A DNA stretch of 64,000 bases, taken from assembly GCA_964057225.1 (NCBI GenBank), contig OZ059899.1, forward strand, positions 8,370,001-8,434,000. The letters are read 5' to 3'. Of this stretch, positions 30,084 to 42,300 are shown piece by piece. Each line of letters begins with the position of its first letter. Positions within the stretch are counted from its first letter, which is position 1. Position numbers and translations under genes: made by a program. The notes under the pieces are model-generated. The model made no database searches. It saw nothing but the letters and a program-made list of their open reading frames with translations, and was not told where the DNA came from. Origin of the DNA: Auanema rhodensis. Lineage: Eukaryota; Animalia; Nematoda.

Positions 30084-33000
30084 TTAGACACAAACAATTT
30101 TACCACTAACAATCTTTCTGGTATATCCTGGGCAGCATGGTGGTCGAGGTGCCATACATACTGCTTGGGCACATGGACGATCCTCGAAGAATGGTCCGCT
30201 ACAAAATATTTAAAAACATTTAAAAATGAATAGACAATATATTGGTACCTGCACTGACATCCGGAAGGCCAGCAATATCTGAAGGAAGTGATTTTCCCAC
30301 ACATTCCACATGTATCATTGCAATATGCAGCAGCTTGCGGCATCCAATCAGTCCATTTTCCTGGACAAGTCATTGGCTGAATAGACAAACAGAGATATAT
30401 AATATGATCTAGATGACTTGAGCTTACTTTTTCATTTTGACAAAATTCTGTGCCGTCATATGCTACAGCTAAGAATTTTCCTGCACAGCATTTTGATCCA
30501 GATGAGCACACAGGCTGTCCACATGATCTTGTTTCAAGAACATTTCCGCTGAAATTTAATAACAATAGTTGTGAATCATAAGAGAAGATACGTACACACA
30601 AGGGCAGCCGTAAGGAGCAGAAGCACATGTTCTATTGCGAGTTTGTGTACCACACAATCCACAGCTTCCACTACATGCAGTCCAATCCTTCCATTCATTC
30701 CATAATCCAGTTTTTTCTTAAACAGCAGTTTGATAAAAATGGAATTTTCTGATACTATAAGTATACCAGGATCGCAACATGTTGTTTGCTCAGGATTGAA
30801 AGCAGGATCAGCTGGTACTGGTCCGCATATGATTTGCTTAGTAGCAGGATCAATTCTCTTAGTGTAAGGAGCGCAACAAGGAGGCTTTGGATACATACAA
30901 GTTTGTGTTCCACACACACTTGTTTTCGTATTATCTCCACTAAATTAAAATATATGAATGAAAGTCTTATTTTTAAACATGACGTACGAGCATGAGCATC
31001 CATATCTCATTGACAAACATTTTCTTTCCCTTTTCATTGTTCCACATGAACCACATGTATCAGTGCACGGTATAACAGTATACCATTCACCCCATATTCC
31101 TGCTGTAGGGCAACATTCAACTCCGCAAGTATTCAGATAAGGGACTTCGTTTGGTTGTATAGCCTGATTGCATTATTTGTTTCATTGAAAATTAGAAAAC
31201 AGATCATGATACCACAGGTCCACAGACATGCTTTCCATTGATGGCTGTTGATTCGTATCCTGGACAACATTGTAAACGTGGGAAGTAGCACAAACCAATA
31301 TTACATTGACTAATTTCTATTGAATGACCTCTGAAACATATTTTATATATTTGAAAAAGTTACAATACAAAATATTTCATATGAATGCAAGCACTTACTG
31401 GCATGGGCATCCATCGTCTTCAGATATACATATTCTGGTTTTTGTCATATTACCACATGATCCACAATAATCTGTACATTGATTAGGTGTTAATGTCCAT
31501 TCACTCCATACTCCAGTTTCAGCGCAGCAAGTAGCATTACAGTATGGATCGTATTGCCTTATAGGTGTTGTATAGTTTGGCTGAAAACGATGAAACGTGA
31601 AATTTATTAGATTTGACGTGCCCTACTAATGGTCCACAACTATGCTTTTCGTTAATAACCATGGATTCATATGGTGAACAGCATACATCTCGTGGGAAAT
31701 AGCAAACTCCTGGATTACAAACAACCTTTCTTGTATCGTTCCCACTGAAAAACATTAAAAATTGCTTATTATCGACAGATGAATCCAGCATACTTGCAAT
31801 CGCAACCATATATGTCCGTTAAGCATAAACGTTTTTGAGTGAAGGTACCGCAACTTCCGCAGGTGTCAGAACACGTATCAACATCATACCATTCTGACCA
31901 ATATCCTCCAGGCTTGGGGCAGCAGTCAGTCCAACAAAGATCAGAAGGATCTGGTTGAACAATATCCTAAATTTAAAAGTTTCTATTGTTGTATAGGGGT
32001 TTTTACGTACAGAAGAAGCACACACTAGAGCTCCGTTCATTATTATTGGATCTTTTCCATTACAACAAGGTGTTGTTGAATTGCATGCAATAGGAGCACA
32101 ATCACCAGACTTTGTTGATTCACCACTAAATTTTTCATTTCCAGATATAATCTAATATTAATATCAAACTCACGCGCATTCACATCCCCAGTCTTTTGAA
32201 ATACAGAAGCGAGTTCTTGTGGTATCACCACATCGTCCACATGTTGCGGTACATGCATCTCCATTTGACCATTCTGACCATATACCTCCCATAACACAAC
32301 ATTCTCCAGTTTCGGGACATGTTTCCATTACTTCTTCTATGTGGTTATCAATCTATAAGTATTATTTGGAAAATGATATTTTATGAAATATATTGGCACC
32401 AAAGGTCCACAGAATGTTACACCTCCAGGTAATATAGTCATCTTACTGAATCCAGAACAACAAATTGTACCGTTACAAGGTGAAGTATTACAAACTTCGG
32501 TTTTTATATCGGAGCCACTGAAAAACATCGTTTTGTGTTTGTACTCTAGTAAAGATATACATGCAGTAACATCCATTGCTTCGATCGCAAGTCCTTGTCA
32601 GAACACGATAATCGCATGAGCCGCAAGTTGCATTATTACAGGATACTGTTTCCTAAAACAACAATTGGAAGCTGTAACAAAAAATGATACTGACTGTCCA
32701 TTCACTCCAACTGGCTAGAACACGACAACTCTTGGCTTCCGTATCTTCTCCTTCATCACAAGAACAACCAAATTTATCTGAGAAACAAGTTCGGTTTCTC
32801 GTGGCAGTTCCACACTGTAAAAGTTGATAGAGTTTTGAGGAGTGAAAATAAAAAATATTAAACCATGCCACACTGTCCATTTTCACATGAACTCCATTCA
32901 CCCCAAAGAGACCAGAAACCACCTGGTGGACAACATGTTGTATCGGAAGGCTCCTCCACTTCTTTTGGCTGTAAAAACAATTAACATACGCCAACAATTT

Positions 33001-33300
33001 AAACAAACCTGTGGTCCACAGATAAAATCACCCTGATCAAAAACAAGCTTAAAACCAGGACAACAATCATCTCGCGGATAGTCGCAAACGTTCAAATTAC
33101 AATTTCTAACAACTACGTCAGTTCCACTGAAAATGAAAACAATATTTTTTTGGAACCAGGTTTGCAACCTACTTGCATGAACATCCAGACTCTTCGGAAA
33201 CACATCTTCTTCTCAACGTCTGTTGAGCACACGAGCCACATGGAGAAGAACATTCTCCTTCAGCCAGCCATTCAGACCACAATCCGTTTTTAGGACAACA
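30084..33300 (-). other. C-terminal array of about 9 nematode-type thrombospondin type-1-like modules of the giant mucin
   Basis: Modules begin CCPKNGLWSEW, CCPPGGFWSLWGEW, ASWSEW, CCVMGGIWSEW, CCPKPGGYWSEW, CCAETGVWSEW, CCPTAGIWGEW, GLWNEWKDW and CPGKWTDW. Each is followed by a C...CGxC segment and then (T/K)RxC...GCxC.G, and most end in C....C.(Y/F)P...CC....CGP. Confidence 0.88.
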
Positions 33301-36300
33301 ATTGGGCCGTGATGAAGTCGTTGGAATTTCTGTAATCGAATTCGTGAACGAGTCAGTTGCTGTTGTAGATGGTGTAGTCGTTGATGTTGTCGTTGTCGTC
33401 GTAGATGGAGTCGTGCTCGTAGTTGTAGATGGAGTTGTCGTTGACGTCGTAGATGTTGTTGTAGATGGAGTCGTCGTTGATGTTGTAGATGTTGTTGTAG
33501 ATGGAGTCGTGCTCGTTGTTGTAGATGGTGTCGTCGTTGACGTCGTAGATGTTGTTGTAGATGGAGTCGTGCTCGTTGTTGTAGATGGTGTCGTCGTTGA
33601 CGTTGTAGATGTTGTTGTAGATGGAGTCGTCGTTGACGTTGTAGATGTCGTCGTAGATGGAGTCGTGCTCGTTGTTGTAGATGGAGTCGTGCTCGTTGTT
33701 GTAGATGGAGTCGTGCTCGTTGTTGTAGATGGTGTCGTCGTTGACGTTGTAGATGTTGTTGTAGATGGTGTCGTCGTTGACGTTGTAGATGTTGTCGTAG
33801 ATGGAGTCGTGCTCGTTGTTGTAGATGGAGTCGTCGTTGAAGTTGTAGATGTCGTCGTAGATGGAGTCGTGCTCGTTGTTGTAGATGGAGTCGTCGTTGA
33901 CGTTGTAGATGTTGTTGTGGATGGTGTCGTCGTTGACGTTGTAGATGTTGTTGTAGATGGAGTTGTGCTCGTTGTTGTAGATGGAGTCGTCGTTGACGTT
34001 GTAGATGTTGTCGTAGATGGAGTCGTGCTCGTTGTTGTAGATGGAGTCGTGCTCGTTGTTGTAGATGGAGTCGTCGTTGACGTTGTAGATGTTGTTGTGG
34101 ATGGTGTCGTCGTTGACGTTGTAGATGTTGTTGTAGATGGAGTTGTGCTCGTTGTTGTAGATGGAGTCGTCGTTGACGTTGTAGATGTTGTCGTAGATGG
34201 AGTCGTGCTCGTTGTTGTAGATGGAGTCGTGCTCGTTGTTGTAGATGGTGTCGTCGTTGACGTTGTAGATGTTGTCGTAGATGGAGTCGTGCTCGTTGTT
34301 GTAGATGGAGTCGTCGTTGACGTTGTAGATGTCGTCGTAGATGGAGTCGTGCTCGTTGTTGTAGATGGAGTCGTCGTTGACGTTGTAGACGTTGTTGTGG
34401 ATGGTGTCGTCGTTGACGTTGTAGATGTCGTCGTAGATGGAGTCGTGCTCGTTGTTGTAGATGGAGTCGTGCTCGTTGTTGTAGATGGAGTCGTGCTCGT
34501 TGTTGTAGATGGTGTCGTCGTTGACGTTGTAGATGTTGTTGTAGATGGTGTCGTCGTTGACGTTGTAGATGTTGTCGTAGATGGAGTCGTGCTCGTTGTT
34601 GTAGATGGAGTTGTCGTTGACGTTGTAGATGTTGTTGTGGATGGAGTCGTGCTCGTTGTTGTAGATGGTGTCGTCGTTGACGTCGTAGATGTTGTTGTAG
34701 ATGGAGTCGTGCTCGTTGTTGTAGATGGTGTCATCGTTGACGTTGTAGATGTTGTTGTAGATGGAGTCGTCGTTGACGTTGTAGATGTCGTCGTAGATGG
34801 AGTCGTGCTCGTTGTTGTAGATGGAGTCGTCGTTGACGTTGTAGATGTTGTTGTAGATGGAGTCGTCGTTGACGTTGTAGATGTCGTCGTAGATGGAGTC
34901 GTGCTCGTTGTTGTAGATGGAGTCGTGCTCGTTGTTGTAGATGGAGTCGTGCTCGTTGTTGTAGATGGTGTCGTCGTTGACGTTGTAGATGTTGTTGTAG
35001 ATGGTGTCGTCGTTGACGTTGTAGATGTTGTCGTAGATGGAGTCGTGCTCGTTGTTGTAGATGGAGTTGTCGTTGACGTTGTAGATGTTGTTGTGGATGG
35101 AGTCGTGCTCGTAGTTGTAGATGGAGTTGTCGTTGACGTCGTAGATGTTGTTGTAGATGGAGTCGTCGTAGATGTTGTTGTAGATGGAGTCGTCGTTGAT
35201 GTTGTAGATGTTGTTGTAGATGGAGTCGTGCTCGTTGTTGTAGATGGTGTCGTCGTTGACGTCGTAGATGTTGTTGTAGATGGAGTCGTGCTCGTTGTTG
35301 TAGATGGTGTCGTCGTTGACGTTGTAGATGTTGTTGTAGATGGAGTCGTCGTTGACGTTGTAGATGTCGTCGTAGATGGAGTCGTGCTCGTTGTTGTAGA
35401 TGGAGTCGTGCTCGTTGTTGTAGATGGAGTCGTGCTCGTTGTTGTAGATGGTGTCGTCGTTGACGTTGTAGATGTTGTTGTAGATGGTGTCGTCGTTGAC
35501 GTTGTAGATGTTGTCGTAGATGGAGTCGTGCTCGTTGTTGTAGATGGAGTTGTCGTTGACGTTGTAGATGTTGTTGTAGATGTTGTTGTGGATGGAGTCG
35601 TGCTCGTTGTTGTAGATGGAGTCGTGCTCGTTGTTGTAGATGGTGTCGTCGTTGACGTTGTAGATGTTGTTGTAGATGGTGTCGTCGTTGACGTTGTAGA
35701 TGTTGTTGTAGATGGAGTCGTCGTTGACGTTGTAGATGTTGTTGTAGATGGAGTTGACGTTGTAGATGTTGTTGTGGATGGTGTCGTCGTTGACGTTGTA
35801 GATGGTGTCGTCGTTGACGATGTAGATGTTGTTGTAGATGGTGTCGTCGTTGACGTTGTAGATGTTGTCGTAGATGGAGTCGTGCTCGTTGTTGTAGATG
35901 GAGTCGTCGTTGACGTTGTAGATGTTGTTGTGGATGGTGTCGTCGTTGACGTTGTAGATGTTGTTGTAGATGGAGTCGTGCTCGTTGTTGTAGATGGTGT
36001 CGTCGTTGACGTTGTAGATGTTGTTGTAGATGGAGTCGTCGTTGACGTTGTAGATGTTGTTGTAGATGGAGTCGTCGTTGACGTTGTAGATGTCGTCGTA
36101 GATGAAGTCGTGCTCGTTGTTGTAGATGGAGTCGTGCTCGTTGTTGTAGATGGAGTCGTGCTCGTTGTTGTAGATGGTGTCGTCGTTGACGTTGTAGATG
36201 TTGTTGTAGATGGTGTCGTCGTTGACGTTGTAGATGTTGTCGTAGATGGAGTCGTGCTCGTTGTTGTAGATGGAGTTGTCGTTGACGTTGTAGATGTTGT

Positions 36301-39300
36301 TGTGGATGGTGTCGTCGTTGACGTTGTAGATGTTGTTGTAGATGGAGTTGTGCTCGTTGTTGTAGATGGAGTCGTCGTTGACGTTGTAGATGTCGTCGTA
36401 GATGGAGTCGTGCTCGTTGTTGTAGATGGAGTCGTGCTCGTTGTTGTAGATGGTGTCGTCGTTGACGTTGTAGATGTTGTTGTAGATGGAGTCGTCGTTG
36501 ACGTTGTAGATGTTGTTGTAGATGGTGTCGTCGTTGACGTTGTAGATGTTGTTGTAGATGGAGTCGTGCTAGTTGTTGTAGATGGAGTCGTGCTCGTTGT
36601 TGTAGATGGAGTCGTCGTTGACGTTGTAGATGTTGTTGTGGATGGTGTCGTCGTTGACGTTGTAGATGTTGTTGTAGATGGAGTCGTCGTTGACGTTGTA
36701 GATGTCGTCGTAGATGGAGTCGTGCTCGTTGTTGTAGATGGAGTCGTGCTCGTTGTTGTAGATGGAGTCGTGCTCGTTGTTGTAGATGGTGTCGTCGTTG
36801 ACGTTGTAGATGTTGTTGTAGATGGTGTCGTCGTTGACGTTGTAGATGTTGTCGTAGATGGAGTCGTGCTCGTTGTTGTAGATGGAGTTGTCGTTGACGT
36901 TGTAGATGTTGTTGTGGATGGAGTCGTGCTCGTTGTTGTAGATGGTGTCGTCGTTGACGTTGTAGATGTTGTTGTAGATGGAGTCGTCGTTGACGTTGTA
37001 GATGTCGTCGTAGATGGAGTCGTGCTCGTTGTTGTAGATGGAGTCGTCGTTGACGTTGTAGATGTTGTTGTAGATGGAGTCGTCGTTGACGTTGTAGATG
37101 TCGTCGTAGATGGAGTCGTGCTCGTTGTTGTAGATGGAGTCGTGCTCGTTGTTGTAGATGGAGTCGTGCTCGTTGTTGTAGATGGTGTCGTCGTTGACGT
37201 TGTAGATGTTGTTGTAGATGGAGTCGTCGTTGACGTTGTAGATGTTGTTGTAGATGGTGTCGTCGTTGACGTTGTAGATGTTGTTGTAGATGGAGTCGTC
37301 GTTGACGTTGTAGATGTTGTTGTAGATGGAGTTGACGTTGTAGATGTTGTTGTGGATGGTGTCGTCGTTGACGTTGTAGATGGTGTCGTCGTTGACGATG
37401 TAGATGTTGTTGTAGATGGTGTCGTCGTTGACGTTGTAGATGTTGTCGTAGATGGAGTCGTGCTCGTTGTTGTAGATGGAGTCGTCGTTGACGTTGTAGA
37501 TGTTGTTGTGGATGGTGTCGTCGTTGACGTTGTAGATGTTGTTGTAGATGGAGTTGTGCTCGTTGTTGTAGATGGAGTCGTCGTTGACGTTGTAGATGTC
37601 GTCGTAGATGGAGTCGTGCTCGTTGTTGTAGATGGAGTCGTGCTCGTTGTTGTAGATGGAGTCGTCGTTGACGTTGTAGATGTTGTTGTAGATGGTGTCG
37701 TCGTTGACGTTGTAGATGTTGTTGTAGATGGAGTCGTCGTTGACGTTGTAGATGTTGTTGTAGATGGAGTCGTGCTCGTTGTTGTAGATGGTGTCGTCGT
37801 TGACGTTGTAGATGTTGTTGTAGATGGAGTCGTCGTTGACGTTGTAGATGTTGTTGTAGATGGAGTCGTGCTCGTTGTTGTTGATGGAGTCGTCGTTAAC
37901 GTTGTAGACGTTGTTGTGGATGGTGTCGTCGTTGACGTTGTAGATGTTGTTGTTGATGGAGTCGTGCTCGTTGTTGTAGATGGAGTCGTGCTCGTTGTTG
38001 TAGATGGAGTCGTGCTCGTTGTTGTAGATGGTGTCGTCGTTGACGTTGTAGATGTTGTTGTAGATGTTGTCGTAGATGGAGTCGTGCTCGTTGTTGTTGA
38101 TGGAGTCGTCGTTGACGATGTAGACGTTGTTGTAGATGGTGTCGTCGTTGACGTTGTAGATGTTGTCGTAGATGGAGTCGTGCTCGTTGTTGTAGATGGA
38201 GTCGTCGTTGACGTTGTAGATGTTGTTGTAGATGGAGTCGTGCTCGTTGTTGTAGATGGTGTCGTCGTTGACGTTGTAGATGTTGTTGTAGATGGTGTCG
38301 TCGTTGACGTTGTAGATGTTGTTGTTGATGGAGTCGTCGTTAACGTTGTAGACGTTGTTGTGGATGGTGTCGTCGTTGACGTTGTAGATGTTGTTGTTGA
38401 TGGAGTCGTGCTCGTTGTTGTAGATGGAGTCGTGCTCGTTGTTGTAGATGGAGTCGTGCTCGTTGTTGTAGATGGTGTCGTCGTTGACGTTGTAGATGTT
38501 GTTGTAGATGTTGTCGTAGATGGAGTCGTGCTCGTTGTTGTTGATGGAGTCGTCGTTGACGTTGTAGACGTTGTTGTAGATGGTGTCGTCGTTGACGTTG
38601 TAGATGTCGTCGTAGATGGAGTTGTGCTCGTTGTTGTAGATGGGGCCGTCGTTGACGTTGTAGATGTCGTCGTAGATGGAGTCGTGCTCGTTGTTGTAGA
38701 TGGAGTCGTGCTCGTTGTTGTAGATGGAGTCGTGCTCGTTGTTGTAGATCTAGTCGTGCTAGTTGTTGTAGATGGAGTCGTGCTCGTTGTTGTAGATGGT
38801 GTCGTCGTTGACGTTGTAGATGTTGTTGTGGATGGTGTCGTCGTTGACGTTGTAGATGTTGTTGTAGATGGAGTTGTGCTCGTTGTTGTAGATGGAGTCG
38901 TCGTTGACGTTGTAGATGTCGTCGTAGATGGAGTCGTGCTCGTTGTTGTAGATGGAGTCGTGCTCGTTGTTGTAGATGGAGTCGTGCTAGTTGTTGTAGA
39001 TGGAGTCGTGCTCGTTGTTGTAGATGGAGTCGTCGTTGACGTTGTAGATGTTGTTGTGGATGGTGTCGTCGTTGACGTTGTAGATGTTGTTGTAGATGGA
39101 GTTGTGCTCGTTGTTGTAGATGGAGTCGTCGTTGACGTTGTAGATGTCGTCGTAGATGGAGTCGTGCTCGTTGTTGTAGATGGAGTCGTGCTCGTTGTTG
39201 TAGATGGTGTCGTCGTTGACGTTGTAGATGTTGTTGTAGATGGAGTCGTCGTTGACGTTGTAGATGTTGTTGTAGATGGTGTCGTCGTTGACGTTGTAGA

Positions 39301-42300
39301 TGTCGTCGTAGATGGAGTCGTGCTCGTTGTTGTAGATGGAGTCGTCGTTGACGTTGTAGATGTTGTTGTGGATGGTGTCGTCGTTGACGTTGTAGATGTT
39401 GTTGTAGATGGAGTCGTGCTAGTTGTTGTAGATGGAGTCGTGCTCGTTGTTGTAGATGGTGTCGTCGTTGACGTTGTAGATGTTGTTGTGGATGGTGTCG
39501 TCGTTGACGTTGTAGATGTTGTTGTAGATGGTGTCGTCGTTGACGTTGTAGATGTCGTCGTAGATGGAGTCGTGCTCGTTGTTGTAGATGGAGTCGTCGT
39601 TGACGTTGTAGATGTTGTTGTGGATGGTGTCGTCGTTGACGTTGTAGATGTCGTCGTAGATGGAGTCGTGCTAGTTGTTGTAGATGGAGTCGTGCTCGTT
39701 GTTGTAGATGGTGTCGTCGTTGACGTTGTAGATGTTGTCGTAGATGGAGTCGTGCTCGTTGTTGTAGATGGTGTCGTCGTTGACGTTGTAGATGTTGTTG
39801 TAGATGGAGTTGTGCTCGTTGTTGTAGATGGAGTCGTCGTTGACGTTGTAGATGTCGTCGTAGATGGAGTCGTGCTCGTTGTTGTTGATGGTGTCATTGT
39901 TGACGTTGTAGATGTTGTTGTAGATGGAGTTGTGCTCGTTGTTGTAGATGGAGTCGTGCTCGTTGTTGTAGATGGTGTCGTCGTTGACGTTGTAGATGTT
40001 GTTGTGGATGATGTCGTCGTTGACGTTGTAGATGTTGTTGTAGATGGTGTCGTCGTTGACGTTGTAGATGTCGTCGTAGATGGAGTCGTGCTCGTTGTTG
40101 TAGATGGAGTCGTCGTTGACGTTGTAGATGTTGTTGTGGATGGTGTCGTCGTTGACGTTGTAGATGTTGTTGTAGATGGAGTCGTGCTAGTTGTTGTAGA
40201 TGGAGTCGTGCTCGTTGTTGTAGATGGTGTCGTCGTTGACGTTGTAGATGTTGTCGTAGATGGAGTCGTGCTCGTTGTTGTAGATGGTGTCGTCGTTGAC
40301 GTTGTAGATGTTGTTGTAGATGGAGTTGTGCTCGTTGTTGTAGATGGAGTCGTCGTTGACGTTGTAGATGTCGTCGTAGATGGAGTCGTGCTCGTTGTTG
40401 TTGATGGTGTCATTGTTGACGTTGTAGATGTTGTTGTAGATGGAGTTGTGCTCGTTGTTGTAGATGGAGTCGTCGTTGACGTTGTAGATGTTGTCGTAGA
40501 TGGAGTCGTGCTCGTTGTTGTAGATGGAGTCGTGCTCGTTGTTGTAGATGGTGTCGTCGTTGACGTTGTAGATGTTGTTGTAGATGGTGTCGTCGTTGAC
40601 GTTGTAGATGTTGTCGAAGATGGAGTCGTGCTCGTTGTTGTAGATGGAGTTGTCGTTGACGTTGTAGATGTCGTCGTAGATGGAGTCGTGCTCGTTGTTG
40701 TAGATGGAGTCGTCATTGACGTTGTAGATATTATTGTGGATGGTGTCGTCGTTGACGTTGTAGATGTTGTTTTAGATGGAGTCGTGCTCGTTGTTGTTGA
40801 TGGAGTCGTCGTTGACGTTGTAGACGTTGTTGTGGATGGTGTCGTCGTTGACGTTGTAGATGTCGTCGTAGATGGAGTCGTGCTCGTTGTTGTAGATGGA
40901 GTCGTGCTAGTTGTTGTAGATGAAGTCGTGCTCGTTGTTGTAGATGGAGTCGTCGTTGACGTTGTAGATGTCGTCGTAGAAGGAGTCGTGCTCGTTGTCG
41001 TAGATGGAGTCGTGCTCGTTGTTGTAGATGGAGTCGTCGTTGACGTTGTAGATGTTGTTGTGGATGATGTCGTCGTTGACGTTGTAGATGTTGTTGTAGA
41101 TGGAGTTGTGCTCGTTGTTGTAGATGGAGTCGTCATTGACGTTGTAGATGTTGTCGTAGATGGAGTTGTGCTCGTTGTTGTAGATGGTGTCGTCGTTGAC
41201 GTTGTAGATGTTGTTGTAGATGTTGTCGTAGATGGAGTCGTGCTCGTTGTTGTAGATGGAGTCGTCGTTGACGTTGTAGACGTTGTTGTGGATGGTGTCG
41301 TCGTTGACGTTGTAGATGTCGTCGTAGATGGAGTCGTGCTCGTTGTTGTAGATGGAGTCGTGCTAGTTGTTGTAGATGGAGTCGTGCTCGTTGTTGTAGA
41401 TGGTGTCGTCGTTGACGTTGTAGATGTTGTTGTGGATGGTGTCGTCGTTGACGTTGTAGATGTCGTCGTAGATGGAGTCGTGCTCGTTGTTGTAGATGGA
41501 ATCGTCGTTGATGTTGTTGATGTTGTTGTAGATGGAGTCGTCGTTGACGTTGTAGATGTTGTTGTAGATGGTGTCGTCGTTGACGTTGTAGATGTTGTCG
41601 TAGATGGAGTCGTGCTCGTTGTTGTAGATGGAGTCGTGCTAGTTGTTGTAGATGGAGTCGTGCTAGTTGTTGTAGATGGAGTCGTGCTCGTTGACGTTGT
41701 AGATGCTGTCGTAGATGGAGTCGTGCTCGTTGTTGTAGATGGAGTCGTCGTTGACGTTGTAGATGTTGTTGTGGATGGTGTCGTCGTTGACGTTGTAGAT
41801 GTTGTTGTAGATGGAGTTGTGCTCGTTGTTGTAGATGGAGTCGTCGTTGACGTTGTAGATGTCGTCGTAGATGGAGTCGTGCTCGTTGTCGTAGATGGAG
41901 TCGTCGTTGACGTTGTAGATGTTGTTGTGGATGGTGTCGTCGTTGACGTTGTAGATGTTGTTGTAGATGGAGTCGTGCTAGTTGTTGTAGATGAAGTCGT
42001 GCTCGTTGTTGTAGATGGAGTTGTGCTCGTTGTTGTAGATGGAGTCGTCGTTGACGTTGTAGATGTCGTCGTAGATGGAGTCGTGCTCGTTGTCGTAGAT
42101 GGAGTCGTCAATGACGTTGTAGATGTTGTCGTAGATGGAGTTGTGCTCGTTGTTGTAGATGGTGTCGTCGTTGACGTTGTAGATGTTGTTGTAGATGTTG
42201 TCGTAGATGGAGTCGTGCTCGTTGTTGTAGATGGAGTCGTCGTTGACGTTGTAGACGTTGTTGTGGATGGTGTCGTCGTTGACGTTGTAGATGTCGTCGT

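Noticed and set aside
42109-42111. TTG start of the 2980-aa ORF as the real initiation codon
   Set aside because: It is a single Leu variant inside the repeat. The frame continues upstream and there is no signal peptide here.
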